Positions 1-14,169 of a stretch of DNA of 64,000 nucleotides are shown here, one piece after another (within the stretch, counting starts at the first letter, position 1; each line of letters begins with the position of its first letter). The stretch spans positions 229,303 through 293,302 of the forward strand of contig CBFFRP010000078.1 in the NCBI GenBank assembly GCA_965644295.1. The letters run 5' to 3'. Made by a program: the position numbers and the translations under genes. The notes under the pieces are model-generated. The model was not told the DNA's origin and did not search any database. It worked only from the letters and a program-made list of their open reading frames with translations. This DNA is from Paraphysomonas bandaiensis (lineage: Eukaryota; Protista; Chrysophyceae).

Positions 1-2784
1 GTTTATTCATGTGTTTTCGAGAACACCATTGAGGTAATATACGTATGCGATGTTTATTGGACTGACATATACAGCACAGGCTGCTGAACTTGCTTAGGGC
101 TGCGTATATTGCTACCCCAGGTGTATGTGCAGATAATTTAGAAGTGATCAAGCGGTGTGTTATTGAGTTGTTTGGATTTCACACCATTGGTGGAGATAAT
201 GATATGGAGTCGACATCGATGAGTAGAGATCGCAAACAAACAATTAAACAGCAATTATTGGATGATATTGCTGCTATTCGACGTATTAAACGCATACAGA
301 CAAATGAAGGTGTTGACGTCAAGAAGCTCCTTCTCTCAGGTATTTTTGCGCAGCCTTTAGAATATATTCCGCGTAATGTCTTGTGTACAAGATGAAATTC
401 TACCATCGTCTTTTTTCGTCCACGAAAGTGACAATAGCAAAACACGTCGCATGATTGCGTTGAAAGAAATTTCGCGTCATCTCGCAGCTGACACGATATC
501 TCCCTGGAATCGAGCTGTGGGAAGGTAGTTAGCGCTTGTTTTTTTCTGGTTTTTAAGCTGTTATCTATACATAGGTTGTTGGATACAGGACCTTCAGAGC
601 TCGGATTTTACTTTTGCCTCTCGAAGCTTCTTGTCTTGCATTGGTCTATATCGAATAAAACTCCTGATAGCGAATGTCTTAACACATTATCTGAGGAGTA
701 TTTACAGACAATTGGTTCTATTGTGCAGAAATTGAGACCCGAATACATCCGAGTACTGTCACTTGCTGTAATTTCTGTTGATCCCCGTTCCGAAGGTATT
801 GAATTGCTGCCGTACAAATACATTGAGGATGAACAAGTGGCTGATTTCGATGTGGGTATCGGTAGTGATGTGGCTGAGCATATTTTGTGTGGTATCCTGT
901 CAACTGTTAAGATGAGTGATTCGGTGGGAGGATCTGATCGCAGTAGACCATCTAGAGGAATAACTAAACCAAAGGGACTCTTGGTATCATCAGTTGATAG
1001 CACAGAATCCTCTGAAAATGATAAAAGTAGACAATGCTTGACTGAATATTTGTTATCTGTGATTGCTTTCAATAAAATATTACAGTGTTTACCTCCATCG
1101 TTACATAAAGAAACGCGGCGAGCGTACAACGATATTCAATCTGCAGCAGATTTGATTCAGGGATGCTTATTATCGTCTGAGGTGGACTGTGAGACAATAT
1201 GTACTGTTGTTGAGCAGTTAAATGCGCACTCGACTCAGAGGTTTCGAGAACCTATCCTTGTAACTCCAATTGCGACAGCTTTTATATCGAACATGGTTAC
1301 AGTTCAAGAACAAACAGAATCTTCTAAATTTGAACATGCTGATATTGTTAATCGTTTTAGGAAAATAAACGTACTCATCGCCGAACACAACCGTGATAAG
1401 TTTTGGCGCAGTTACGCTGCGACTTTATGTTCATTGAATGATGATTGCGGATTCGACAGACAAGAGTATCTTGAAATGTTGATTTATAGGTCACAACTTG
1501 CCAGTGCGCTTCAAAATGTTTACCCGTCTGCTATAGACGTTTCTATGCTGCGTTATTTTGAAGTCAACATATATCTTCTATCGGGGCATGTGTTTCGTAA
1601 CTTACAACTACTGTGTCAATCGACAGCTGATTGTCAGTTAAGTGTTGGAGTAGTTCCACTGCAATTAAATCGTTTCGAGAACATAAAAACGAGATGTGAT
1701 ATTGTGTCTGACCTGGTGGACCATGTATGGAGTATTCATCATAATGAGAGTGTGCAGAAATGTGAGATTAAAATTGTTGTTCGCGTCATGCGGCTGTTGC
1801 GGCTAAATCCCTCCACTGATAATACAGTAAAAGACACGATTGAGAGGTGGTCACAGAATGATATGACGAGTACTACTCAAGATTTATTTTCTGAGGAAAC
1901 GTCAACTGATTTTGAGTTGTTTCCTTTTTATCTTAGGATTTTAGAGCTGTGCTCCTCTGCGGGATATTGGGAATGCTTTGTGGACGTGTTGTTGCGCGAT
2001 ATGTTTCCTTGTGCCCCGCAGGGAAGTGAGCAGGATAGGATACTGGCTGTTGCCGCACTCATTGAGAGTTTTTCTCCTGTGCTTGTAGCCACGGTAATTG
2101 TATGAGTTTTGAAAGAAATGCTGCTAAACGTTATTTATGTCCAGATACGCATCTTGCTTAATAGGATATGCCAAGGCTGTAAAGATGTTAACTCTTTGAA
2201 TAAAGAATTTGAAGAGTGCTTAGATATATTGAATGACAACTCTCTAAATGGACTTGATGACTTTGTCGTATTCGTCATATTATTCTGTCGTGTCCCTGTA
2301 CATATGTACGTGCCAATAAAAACTATTTATCCACTTGTTGTTGGCCGATCAATGGATTGGCTGCATAACAGGTAAATATTGTGATGTGTTTCTGAGTAAT
2401 AACTCACTGTACGTTCCCAGAGTAAGCACTCTTTCGGAGGAAGGTGTGGTCGAAATGCAGTCCTACCACGACGGATCACGATGCATTGCAGACTTCGTGC
2501 TTGAATTAGGTTCTCCCACTCGGTGCCCAGCACTCGCATTTCTGTTGTCGCCACTCGCTCTCACACTGTCTCTCATTGAAGTTCATCACTACAGTGAAGC
2601 CGCCCATTTGTACTGGGCTCTGGCGGCTCTACCATCAGCTGCATTTCGAAACGAGCATGCCTACCATATCATGGAAAGCAATCTAGTGACAACGTCGCGA
2701 CCTAAACTTCCTTTCTACTTTTCATGCCTACCAGAGGTAAGCGAGGGGAGCTATGGATGGGGCCAATTGTGGGCCACTAGTTGA
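1..2784 (+). CDS. 3' part of a large multi-exon gene, alpha-helical protein of unknown function (weak resemblance to the NBAS/Sec39 C-terminus)
   Basis: ORFs 90-395, 576-2105, 2109-2375 and 2335-2784 join across GT-AG introns (e.g. LLSD-EILPSSFF, RAVGR-LLDTG). The C-terminal HHYSEAAHLYWALAALPSAAFR loosely recalls the NBAS end. The gene starts before the window. Confidence 0.6.
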
Positions 2785-2916
2785 GTTTGATAGGGATATA
2801 AGTCTATGTGTACTAAGCATAAACTATCCATAGAGTGTAAATATAAATATGTATATTGTGAACACAAGTTGTGTTTTAGACATGTTAGAATCGAAAAAAT
2901 AAAGTACGGAAGTACC

Positions 2917-3049
2917 CAGGGCTAGGAAACAATATATTGCAATACTATTGTTAGAGAGCGTTCCATCAATACTATCGATGGAGATTTTAAACAGGCCCAA
3001 CAATACAAGTACAATATATTGCAATTCAATATATTGTTTCCTATCCCTG
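2917..3049. mobile_element. hAT-type MITE (~133 bp)
   Basis: TIRs cagggctaggaaacaatatattg / caatatattgtttcctatccctg; imperfect 8-bp flanks ggaagtac / gaaagtac; the same left end occurs at 42478 on a longer hAT relic. Confidence 0.8.
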
Positions 3050-3239
3050 GAAAGTACGTATACAGACGAAAGACGAAAGGTATTACAATCTAATTTATAT
3101 CTATAATTTTGGCCAGTAAACAATGTGATTACGATGAGGGGGGGTAATACGTTTGCCCTACTGATACTCACTAGTTGATGTAAGCACATATATTTAGCTA
3201 CAACCATAAAAACAGTGTCAACTGAACCTCGCCCACGTG

Positions 3240-3345
3240 TCTCAGTTAGTTATTGGTAGAAGTTTAGTTAGCGTGACTAGTTTTCCTTTAGCTACTTATC
3301 TGGTGCGAATTCTTGACGCCTATTGCTAATAATAAGACTTTGATA
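3240..3345 (+). mobile_element. Short 3'-end fragment of a dispersed retroposon-like repeat
   Basis: acgcctattgctaataataagactt is shared with 31729-31753, with 38670-38700 (minus) and in degenerate form near 48440. Confidence 0.6.
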
Positions 3346-3379
3346 TATATATTTTGCATCATATTGCAATAAAATATAT

Positions 3380-3810
3380 TGTTACCGAACCCTGATATAT
3401 GGTGCCACCTAAAATACTCCAGGCGACATCCACCCCAAGAATTCTATCCTCTCAAGAGTCCGAACCCGACAGAGGCAAGCGCAACCACTCCGGAAACAAC
3501 TTCTCCTTACTTATGACCGAAACCCCACCATCTCCGCCACCGACTTACACTCTCATATACATCTCGCCCCATCCACTCCTCACATAACCCATGGCACAGG
3601 CCCGCCAGACACATTGCCAAAACGTAGACCCCCCGACTAACCTCACTACAAGGGACGGTTGCACCATGGTGCTCGCAGCGATGCACAAGCAGTCCCGAGA
3701 CGGTTGCCCGCCACTAGTAGTATAGCAATTCCAGTCATTAGTCAGTCTATAGATGTAAAACTAGTTTCTGTACACAACCGTTCTCATGTACTAATCAGCA
3801 GACACTCTTT
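3380..3810 (+). mobile_element. Diverged GC-rich fragment of the same retroposon-like family
   Basis: ggttgcaccatggtgctcgcagcgatgcacaagcag (3657-3692) matches the motif at 31577 and at 38810-38846 (minus). Confidence 0.45.
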
Positions 3811-4247
3811 TATATGGTGCACTATGAGTAATGAGTACTAGCCGTACTAGCTAACCCTCAGATTGAAATGTTGGAAGAATGTAATAATGACTCAATATAA
3901 GTGAAAGTTGGTAACTTTATATTATTATATTGTCATTAGCCCATTGCGTAAATAGCAACTGCTAAGTCGCAAGCAGCCACTAGCTAAGACAATCAAGAGC
4001 ACCAATGTAATAGATTACATGACAAGATCTGCACATCAACACACTTCTGACTTAGCATATCTCTTTCAGAGATTACAACACGTAAAAATCACTAAAGGTA
4101 CCATTCACTTACAAAACAATCTGAAAAAAAACACACAATGTGATTGAAAGAAATTCTATATCATGGTACTGGTACACATACTTATCAATATATACATATG
4201 CAGCTGTTTGGAAGGGAAAACTACAACTATCTTTATATGGAAAGAAC

Positions 4248-7200
4248 CTACACATCAGCATACCGCACAGGCTTCTTGCACTTTGGGCTATATTGCTTCT
4301 TTGTCCTCGGACTGGTCTTGACAACAGTTCCATATCCTACTCCAGTAGAGCACTTCATTTCCGCAGAAAGCTTTTGCTTCTCCCGTCCTGAAACACTTGC
4401 TATATGTTTATTTTGTCTGCTGTGCGGGGACGGAGTCGCTGGTGGAGGTGGCTGCGGAGGCTTCGCGATTTCACTAGAAGTCCCGGAGCCACCGAGGTCT
4501 CTACCACTATGTTGCGCCACTTGCACATGTTTATTTTGTCTGCTGTACGGGGACGGAGTTGCTGGTGGAGGTGGCTGTGGAGGCTTCGAGGTTTCACTAG
4601 AAGTCCCGGAGCCACCGAGGTCTCTACCACTATGTTGCGCCGCCTGCACATGTTTATTTTGTCTGCTGTACGGGGACGGAGTTGCTGGTGGAGGTGGCTG
4701 TGGAGGTTTCGCGATTTCACTAGAAACCCCGGAATCACCGAGGTCGCTACCACTATGTTGCGCCACTTGCTCATGTTGATTTCTTCCTGCAACACTTGCT
4801 ATATGTTTATTTTGTCTGCTGTGCGGGGACGGAGTCGCTGGTGGAGGTGGCTGTGGAGGCTTCGCGATTTCACTAGAAGTCCCGGAGCCACCGAGGTCTC
4901 TACCACTATGTTGTGCCACTTGCACATGTTTATTTTGTCTACTGTACGGGGACGGAGTTGCTGGTGGAGGTGGTTGTGGAGGTTTCGCGATTTCACTAGT
5001 CCCATTATTAAAGCCGTCAACATGACTACGTGATGCGTGAGAAGTATGAGAAGATGTGTTAATTCGAGGTGGAGGAGGTCGCGGCGGAGGGGGTGCGGAC
5101 TGACTCCTCGTCAAAGGTTGCGGTAGAGCTACACCGTTACGCCTTCCCGTACGGTGGGTTGCTGCTTCATAGGGCGCAGCCCGTAGAACGGTATACACTG
5201 GATGGCGGAGACGGTACTCCGGCAACGTGCCGCGGTCCCTTTCATGCAGCATCTGGTGAAACTTTTTTTCTACACGGTGCCGCCACTCCTCTTTGACTCC
5301 ATTGGGATCATGCTCATTTGGATACTTCTCTGGTAAAACAGCAAAAATTGCCCCCGTCTCAACTATGTCGAGGTTCTGCCCTTTCGTGCAGTATGGGCCA
5401 CGCACCTCACTATCTGTGAGATTGAGAATCTCAGAAGATTTCAATTGAATTATCCATAGACTTCGTTTTTTAAGAATTCTTTCGGCAATACAGTCTGCCA
5501 TTCCTCTATTGTCTATTAGCTCATCCTCAGTTACAGTAAATACGTCAGATGGAACAATATTGCGCATAGTCTGTAAACATTCCAGGGCGTATGGCATAAC
5601 CTGACTCCTCCAAGCCTCCTTTTTTTCTTCATGGGTTGCCGCCCTTTTGATGGTCCCTCTGCTACTTACAGCCTTAGTTTCCAAAAGGCCAGACGCATGC
5701 TCGCCGTATGCTGTACTTTTGGACTTATCTGAAATAATTTCAGCGTTGTTCCTCATTTTCTGGGTACTGTACTGCTCTACTTTGCGTTCTTTGGGTGATA
5801 TTTGATTAATATAGGCTCTGTTCATGTCTATCCTGTGTTGAATTCGGGCTAACTTGTTTTCAAGAAGCGGTTTAATTAGCTCACTCTTTACTTTCTCGTA
5901 CGACTCACGAATCATCTCATCAGTGTTAGTACTGCTTCCACCCGCTGCATATATAACCCCATCCACACTTCTCAAACGCAAACGTATCTCCGAAGCCTCC
6001 TTCATTAGTTCTTCGTTTTCAATTGCAACCTGAGAACAATCGGCGCTTACGACACACTGGAAACCGTGCTGATCTTCACTGTTGTATAGCTCCAAGTCTG
6101 TTACCAAATATATTACTCGTGGCTATAAAAATTGTGTCATACGACCGCGGAAGACACACACATACAGCATATCTGGTGAACATGCACCCCACACAAGCAG
6201 TAGTCGAAATCACACTCATATACAGCTATACATAATCATGCTCATATATAGCTATACACACACTCATCTACAGCTACACACCCACACATAAACAGCTATA
6301 CACATCCTCATATATACACACTCACCTACAACTATACATACCCATCTTCATATATACACACTCATATACAGCTATATACGCACTCATCTATAGCTATACA
6401 CGCACTCATCTACAGCTATACATACACACTCATCCACAGCTATATACACACTCTCATCTACAGCTATGCACACACCCATATACAGCTATACACATTCTCA
6501 TATACACACACTCACCTAAAACTATACATACACATCTTCATATATACACACTCATATACAGCTGTACACACTCATCTACAGCTATACACATCCTCATATA
6601 CACACAGTCATCTACAGCTATACATACACTCATATACATCTATACACACTCATCTACAACTATACATACACTCATATACATCTATACACACTCATCTACA
6701 ACTATACATACACTCATATACATCTATACACACTCATCTACAACTATACATACACTCATATACATCTATACACACTCATCTACAACTATACATACACTCA
6801 TATACATCTATACACACTCATCTACAACTATACATAATCAACAAGCTTAATAATATCAATCATACCTTTTAAATCTTGTAAGACATCATTCCATTGTACA
6901 GAATACACATATTCCTACATACCAAGCACTTAATCAGTTCTTCATCTCAATTACATTAAGTTACAAACCATCACACTTGTTTGATTATTAGTTTGTCCAA
7001 GTAATAAAACAAATTTCTTTGCTTCATCCATCGAATCAAAGACAATATCCATATTACGTGAATCTATATGAGTTGATAATATCATTGATATACCATAAGG
7101 ATTTTTACATCCTGATTTCTTTATATTCCCATCTGGTCCTCTACTTAAAGTGATATCTGCTATATGTAAATATCCTTTAGGTATATGTGTAATATGATCA

Positions 7201-7361
7201 AAATACAGTAATGTATTATCATCTTTAATAAAATATGAACGTTGTCTCCATGACCATAATTGAGAACCTTTTTTACGAAATGTTCCACCTCCAATAATTT
7301 CAGTTTTTTTATTTGTATATTTTTCAAAATATTCTTTTAATGATGCTTGTCGTTTGAGCAT
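4248..7361 (-). CDS. PH-domain protein with a central helical domain and C-terminal Pro-rich repeats (exons 7361-6969, 6914-6866, 6097-4248)
   Basis: PH signature GTFRKKGSQLWSWRQRSYFIKDDNTLLYF...PKGYLHI. Splice phases join in frame (TSVM|EYVYSVQWNDVLQDLK|DLELYNSE). PPQPPPPATPSP repeats follow. Confidence 0.8.
4395..4998. repeat. Coding tandem repeat, 5 copies of a ~120-bp (40-aa) unit
   Basis: SEIAKPPQPPPPATPSP(Y/H)SRQNKH recurs five times; one junction has a 30-bp extension. Confidence 0.9.
6200..6836. repeat. Intronic CA/TA-rich minisatellite (~20-bp subunits, 42-bp higher-order unit at the 3' end)
   Basis: catacactcatatacatctatacacactcatctacaactata repeated about 5 times, with degenerate copies upstream. 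Confidence 0.9.
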
Positions 7362-8087
7362 ATTAATATCTATATAATCATATACATAATGAAGTGAAGT
7401 GAATCAGATTGATGTATATATGAATATGTATATGAAGTGAAGCAAGAAGAACTTATATAAGAAGTTATTGAAGAACATACATACTGCCTGTATGTATGGA
7501 TGTACAGCACAGTATACATATATATGTATGCAGACCGGTGTACATATTCATATATTTAAATCCCAACTAGCGATAGATTTCATATACATTCTGTATACCA
7601 TGTATACGGTATACTACTATTGTCTGGTTCTTGTATAATACATAGAGATATACAATGTATTCTTGCCTGTGCATGGAATATTCGACACTCCACTTCTACA
7701 TCACCTAAACTGAGGATTTCCAATGGATATTACAACTTTTCTCCAATTTTCTATACTTTCATAATATTTTCTAAATTTTCTAGTTGTGGAATCAGTTATC
7801 AGATATAATCCCCTGTATCTGCTATAGGAGAGTATAGAGAAGTACGACACACTGCTCTTCGTACGAGATAGCATGGTATGCATATATACATACATACATG
7901 TATGGACATACCACATCTAGCTATTCTTATTATTTAAACGAGATCATTACACTATCATATATACCATACAACGGGTATAACTATATCCTATTACATCATC
8001 GAATAAACTCATTTACTATCTATTTCATTGTCCAACTGGCATTATATTCCAGTTAGGTTATATCCGACCAATTACTATATTAGCAAC

Positions 8088-9622
8088 ATGGCGGCACGTT
8101 TACGCCGTGGGCTTTCTATTGCCATCAATGATGCTACTGAAGATTCATTTACTGCAGATGGTAATCATTATAAACATTATTTTCGTAAGATATTAATTTT
8201 ATTTTTTTAGGGGATATGTTTTTAAAAGATAATCTTATGATTGATGCTAATGGCATTGAGATGAGGAACAACCCTAAACGATTTAATATTGACTATGATG
8301 AGCTTGATATAGGGGATACAATTGGAAGAGGATGTAGTAGTGTTGTTATTCATGGATTGCATGCTCCGACTGGTACCCCTTTGGCGTTAAAAATTATTAA
8401 TATGTTTGATAAGAGCAAACGTGATCAGCTCATACGCGAAATATGCTCACTCTATGATGCACAGTGTCCTAGGTACAATCGATGTGATTTTTGCAATATC
8501 TGTCCTCTTATCCTCTTTATGTTTCTTTTACAGTTTAATTACATTTTATGGATCGTTTTATCGCGAGGGATCCATTACTATTGCTTTGGAATTTATGGAC
8601 GGTGGATCACTCGCCAACGTTCTTGCCCAGGTTGGACCCATTCCAGAGAACGTACTGGCCAGTATTGCGTTTCAAGTAAGTTTACACATCTGTGAGTGTA
8701 AAGATGGTTGCCGTAAAACTTCTGCTAAAATGGCGGTTTTCTGTGGTTTAAGCATACTTACATTTTTATGTTCTTGTTAGATTCTTTGGGGGCTTGCGTA
8801 TCTTTATCATGAGAAGAGAGTTCACAGGTATCTATTTATGCGTAGTTCACTGAGACAATATATATGCTTATATATGATTGTCGACGCTGATTACCGAAAT
8901 CCTGCTTCTTGTCTGTTTATGGTTATATTTTTAACAATTCTCTTTTTCCCAGAGATATAAAGCCATCGAACCTGCTCATAAATTCTCAAGGACAAGTTAA
9001 GGTAGGTATATCTCATGTTTAAAGTATATTGGGCAGCTGGTGTGTTTGAATTGTGTAGTAGGTTCTATTTTTTCAGCTTATTGATTGTTATGAGTAGGTG
9101 ACAGACTTCGGAGTGTCGGCCGAACTGCAGAGCACGATAGAGATGTGTGGTACCTTTGTGGGTACTTTTAAGTACATGTCTCCTGAACGTATCCGGAACC
9201 AACCATACAGCTACCAGAGTGATATCTGGAGCTTCGGACTTGTCATGATGGAGTGTGCAACCGGGAAGTACCCGTTTAGTGAGTGCTCGAACTGCATCGA
9301 TATGGCCCAGACGATACTTGATTGTGAAGTACCGCCTCTATCTCGAAGAATATTCTCTGCTGAGTTCATCGACTTTGTGGGAGTGTGTTTACAAAGGGTG
9401 CGTTGTGGTACTGTTTATTGTTGTTGTTATTCATTCTTTCAATGTTGTACTACATTTGGAGTAATTTGAAATATAATTAATTGGTGACAGGACCCAAAGC
9501 ATCGTCCACCTGCAGAAGTACTTCTGACAGCTCCTTGGTTGAGACTTCATGGTGTTCATTCCTACGATGATGCTGTCAATGTCGTAAACGACTGGATTGT
9601 ACACGGCCTCTCCAGGAAATAA
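8088..9622 (+). CDS. MAP kinase kinase (STE7/MEK family), multi-exon
   Basis: IGRGCSSVV, ALKII, LEFMDGGSL, HRDIKPSNLL, DFGVSAELQSTIEMCGTFVGTFKYMSPERI (plant-type T-X5-T loop), SDIWSFG; exons joined by GT-AG introns. Confidence 0.93.
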
Positions 9623-10959
9623 CCAATGATATGAGATCAGTTGGTTGATATGGTGGGAAGATATCTCTCTTCGTTGCAGTATATGATGCCAGAGACATAT
9701 AAGATATGTACATATAAGTTTTTTGATGATGCATGCACTTTATTATCGTTTGATATATAAATGCATTGATATGTATATGAATCTCGTCCTTGTGACGCAG
9801 GCTACTTTCAAAGTGTGGTAATACAGCTGGCGTCAGAAATTGTAGACGAAGGCTTACTAGTTTCTGTAATAACCATGATTATATAATTGTAATTCTGTCG
9901 TCGTCTGTTTTAAATTTCGGAGCTATTCTATTTCTTTGAGTTAGACACCATTGTGTGAATATACTCAGTGATATTTTACAGTAGATAGAATATTCGGATC
10001 ACATTATCACGAGAAATAAGTGTAGCTCTATATTTCAGGATATATGGATATATTGTTTTATTATTTGTTTTCATTTTTGTTTCTTTGAATTGCTCAATCA
10101 TAATGGGTAAAAGAGTGGTATATTATTACGCAAAAGCATTATTAGAGTCAAATGCTTCGTATTGATATATATTTTCAAATAGTCATCCAGACTCCCTTAT
10201 CTATGAAAAATTCAGAAGGAAGTAGTAGACACCAGGTCTTCATTTTGTGGTCTTCATATGAAAAAAACAGATGTACACTCCATAGTTTACAGGGGAAGAT
10301 ATCACATTGATATATTTAATAAAATAGAACTATGTAATGAGTTTTGAATCAGAGATGAAACAACTAGTTTTATTGAACACAGTAAGCTTGAAGCCTTCGT
10401 CATCTTTAATCATGAGCCTCGAGTTACCTCTATATAGTCACAATCTTGAGATGCATGGTGACATCAGCCATACAAGTGGTAATCTTATGTATGCACCTTT
10501 TGTACATGTATATCTACTTCAAACAATACTGTATTATAAGTAAAACATGATATCCTCATAATCTATTGCATATATTCTATATCAGTGATATATAACTCAG
10601 TGGGACTGCATCAGATACTGCCTATATGTCCAGTAACTGGCAAGTAGGTCATTTTACAGAGCAGTGTACAGCAGAGTGTACAATATCTACCATTTATAGT
10701 AGAAAAGTGAAAATATGCCTGATTTTGACACTGAAAACTTGGATAAATTCTCTGTGCCACTCTGTAGAAAGTAAAAAGTCAATAGGTTTAAAAAATCCAG
10801 TTTTTTTGTTGTTGTATGTTGTTTTTCAGATTGCACAAACAACAAAAAAGCCTGAATTTGTTTTGCCATATTCCCATAAACACACTTCCGTTGTACGTTT
10901 TTTACACTGAAAAATCTATAGAGACTTGAGAGTCTATATATACATACGTAGAGGTAGGT

Positions 10960-11010
10960 GTATGTATGTATGTATGTATGTATGTATGTATGTATGTATG
11001 TATGTATGTA
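10960..11010. repeat. (TATG)n microsatellite
   Basis: Direct observation. Confidence 0.95.
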
Positions 11011-11216
11011 CTGGTGTCAGTTATGTATGATATGCTGCGTATATATACATAGAGTCATATGAGACACTCTATTAACAAGAACATCTATAAAGAAACATTA
11101 AAACTCATATAAATATATCAAAGAAACACAATAAAAACAATGAAAATAATAACTCTTTCATCACTATCATATATATGACAGTATAATAATATATATATCT
11201 ATATATATATACTCAT

Positions 11217-13386
11217 ATGGGTGCTACTGTATCTGTAGTAGATAATCATACATATTATATCAATAATCATATAAATAATGATATAATAGAAGAATTTATA
11301 CATGATCGTATTCTATCTGTATCACAAAAAATGATTAAAAGTAAAAGTGCCCCATATAAACCTGATAAAAATATATATCAAAATGGGACAGTGAAAGAAA
11401 CTGTTAGTTTAAAAAATTTAGCTACACGACATCATTCTCGTCAAAGAAATACATATGTTGATTCAACATCTATATGTTATATGGGAAAAAGTGGATATTC
11501 TCTTAAATTACAGACACCATATGAACCGAATAATACTTCCTTACATGCAATTTCAGAGAAGCCACAGAAAAAAACGAAACCTACTTTAAGGTTACAAATT
11601 AATGACGATGAAGACTGGATTCAAGTATATATTATGTTTCTTTTGAATTGAATTTACAGTTGATGTAGGTCTCAGATGACGAGCTGGATGCCACTCTATC
11701 ACCACACAATTTTAAGGGGGTTTCATTGGGAAGCCCGGACATGGTGCTGGAGCAGTCGTACATGGCGACCCAGTCCGGTGAGTGTGTTTGTTACATGCGT
11801 GTTTATTTTAGTGGTCTTGCAGGAACGCTGTTCGTTAAGGGCTTCTGTGAAGGTATTGGGATGTATGGGCTTTCGTCAGACGTACCTTCAGTTCAGTTGA
11901 CCATGCGAGAGCGGTTCGTTGTTCTGTGCACACTAGGGAAGGGAGCTGGTGGGGTAGTCTACAAGGCTCTTGATATTGTAGATAATAGACTCGTAGCGCT
12001 CAAGATGGTACCACTCTTTGAAAGGTGTGATGCGGTGTTGGATAAGCACGTCTTTATGCATTTTGTGCCTATATTAGTATATGTATAGCGGTGCCAGTGT
12101 AACAATGAAGTTTTGTAGGGATAAACGACACCAATTTGTAAGAGAGCTTTGTACATTGTTTGGGCTGCTACGTGCCAAAGAACAGGAGTACCAGAGTACA
12201 ACTGACAGCTCTCGGATCAACCTTTTGAGTGCAGTCAAGTCCACCGCAAGTGGTGTTGTCAAGCCTGATTCACTATGCGAGAAGATTTCTCCTTCGGGTT
12301 CGGAGCCATTGTATCCACATCACTATATAGTTGACTTTTACGACGCATACAGGTGGGGATAATTTGGCAATTAGGATAGTTCACTATTTAAATTTGTTTT
12401 TCAGTGATATGGAGGAGGGTGGTGTTGGGCTTGTGATGGAGTACATGGACGGTGGGTCCCTACAAGATGTTGTTGAGAGTGGGGGATGCCGGAGTGAAAC
12501 CGTCCTTGCCAACATAGCTCTGCAGGTGCTTGTAGGCTTAGAATTTTTGCATAGTTGCAATCAGATTCACCGCGGTATGTTTTTGTGGGGCTTTATTTCC
12601 ATGCTAAAGTTAATACTAACAGATATCAAACCTGCAAATCTTTTGATAAATCAAAATGGTGAAGCTAAAATCTCAGACCTAGGAATCCTTCGCCAGTTGT
12701 GTCCTGAAGAGATTACTGATAAAATGCACCGCGCGAACACCTTTGTTGGCACAACGGTATATATGTCACCTGAACGCATGGAGGGCATTGAATACAGCTA
12801 CTCCAGCGACATTTGGTCGTTTGGACTGTCACTTCTAGCAATTGCTACTGGCGAGCTCCCGATCGACTTAGGGCGAGACTTTTTTCAACTGCTTCACACT
12901 ATCCGTGACGGCCCCGGCATTAATTTGCCGCCAACGGAGGATTGGAGCGGGGAATTCAGGCACTTTATATCTCAGTGCCTCCAACCTGACCCAGATCAGC
13001 GTGCAACAGCGACAGAACTTCTGAAACACCCCTTCATACTTCTCGCTTGTCCCGAGGAACCTGAATATAATCAGAAAGTATTGAAGTCGGAATTACAGTC
13101 TATTATTCACTCCTTATGCTCACATTTAGAAGCCTTGCGCTTAGAGTCTATTGAGGTGTTATCCCGATGTGGGAGCTCTCAGGATCAGAAACATGAAGAT
13201 GTAGAAACTAAATCGGTTTCAGAGATAGCGCGTGAAGTATTACTTGGTGTGGACACAAAAGATACGAGCGGCTCGGTACGATTGAATCAATTAGCCCATC
13301 AGTTACACCTTACACCAAATGTAGCCTATGAGATAGTTAATGATAGTTTGACCACGTATAGGTCAACTAAACATGTAGAATCGTAG
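11217..13386 (+). CDS. Second MAP kinase kinase with N-terminal extension and probable N-myristoylation
   Basis: MGATVS start; KPTLRLQI docking-like motif; LGKGAGGVV, MEYMDGGSL, HR-DIKPANLL, ANTFVGTTVYMSPER, SDIWSFG. Confidence 0.9.
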
Positions 13387-14169
13387 CTTTCTGTGCAATT
13401 TGGCAGTGTGGCTTTTAGGCGCACGAATGTAAATATAACCATAGAGTGGATGTATACAATGCTTCAGATATCAGAAATGTGACAGAAGGTAATTGACTAG
13501 ATAAATGACACCAAACAAGAAAGCAAGCTATGTAGATATAAACTACAGGCCACAAGTGTGAGCGTGAAATGAGTAAACGTAAACACTCTTCATACTCCTA
13601 AGGTCATGTATATAATACTTGCGCGAGGAACCAGTACCTGAATGAACATGACTCAGCCGTAATCTTGTAGTGCGTGTCTGTACTCAACGTATCTATCCTA
13701 TACAACACAGATTAGAGTTTCTTCGGGATATAAAGGAAAAACTATATCCTATATCTCAAAAACTCTTAACTTCATATATTATAGTATATATCAAATACCA
13801 GTAACACCTCATGAATGCCATTCCATTAATGGGTGCCCAGTTCCCGGAAATTATAATAATACCATCAATGATTAATGGCTCACTACTAATTATAAGGCTA
13901 ATAGTATATCGTCCTGCACTCAATTTTTAAGCGAGGCGAAGAGCTCGAGACTAGGGGCGATCAATGGGGTCTATACATACAACATGATCAATGGGAAAGG
14001 CAATTGTACTAGATTGACTAAACACAATAAATCTCAAAATTTCTAAAATAGCTACAGCAACCAATGTACCCCTACTACCAAAAGGTAGTGAGGTATTGAA
14101 ATTTGTACATAAGTATTATGATGAATGTGAAAAATTGTAGTCATCCGAGATTTCTTGTTGTCATTTTGG

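Noticed and set aside
4144-5033. Cys-rich plus-strand ORFs
   Set aside because: Antisense shadows of the Pro-rich coding repeat
10662-10909. Possible MITE cagtgta...tacactg
   Set aside because: TIR very short, no TSD and no second copy in the window
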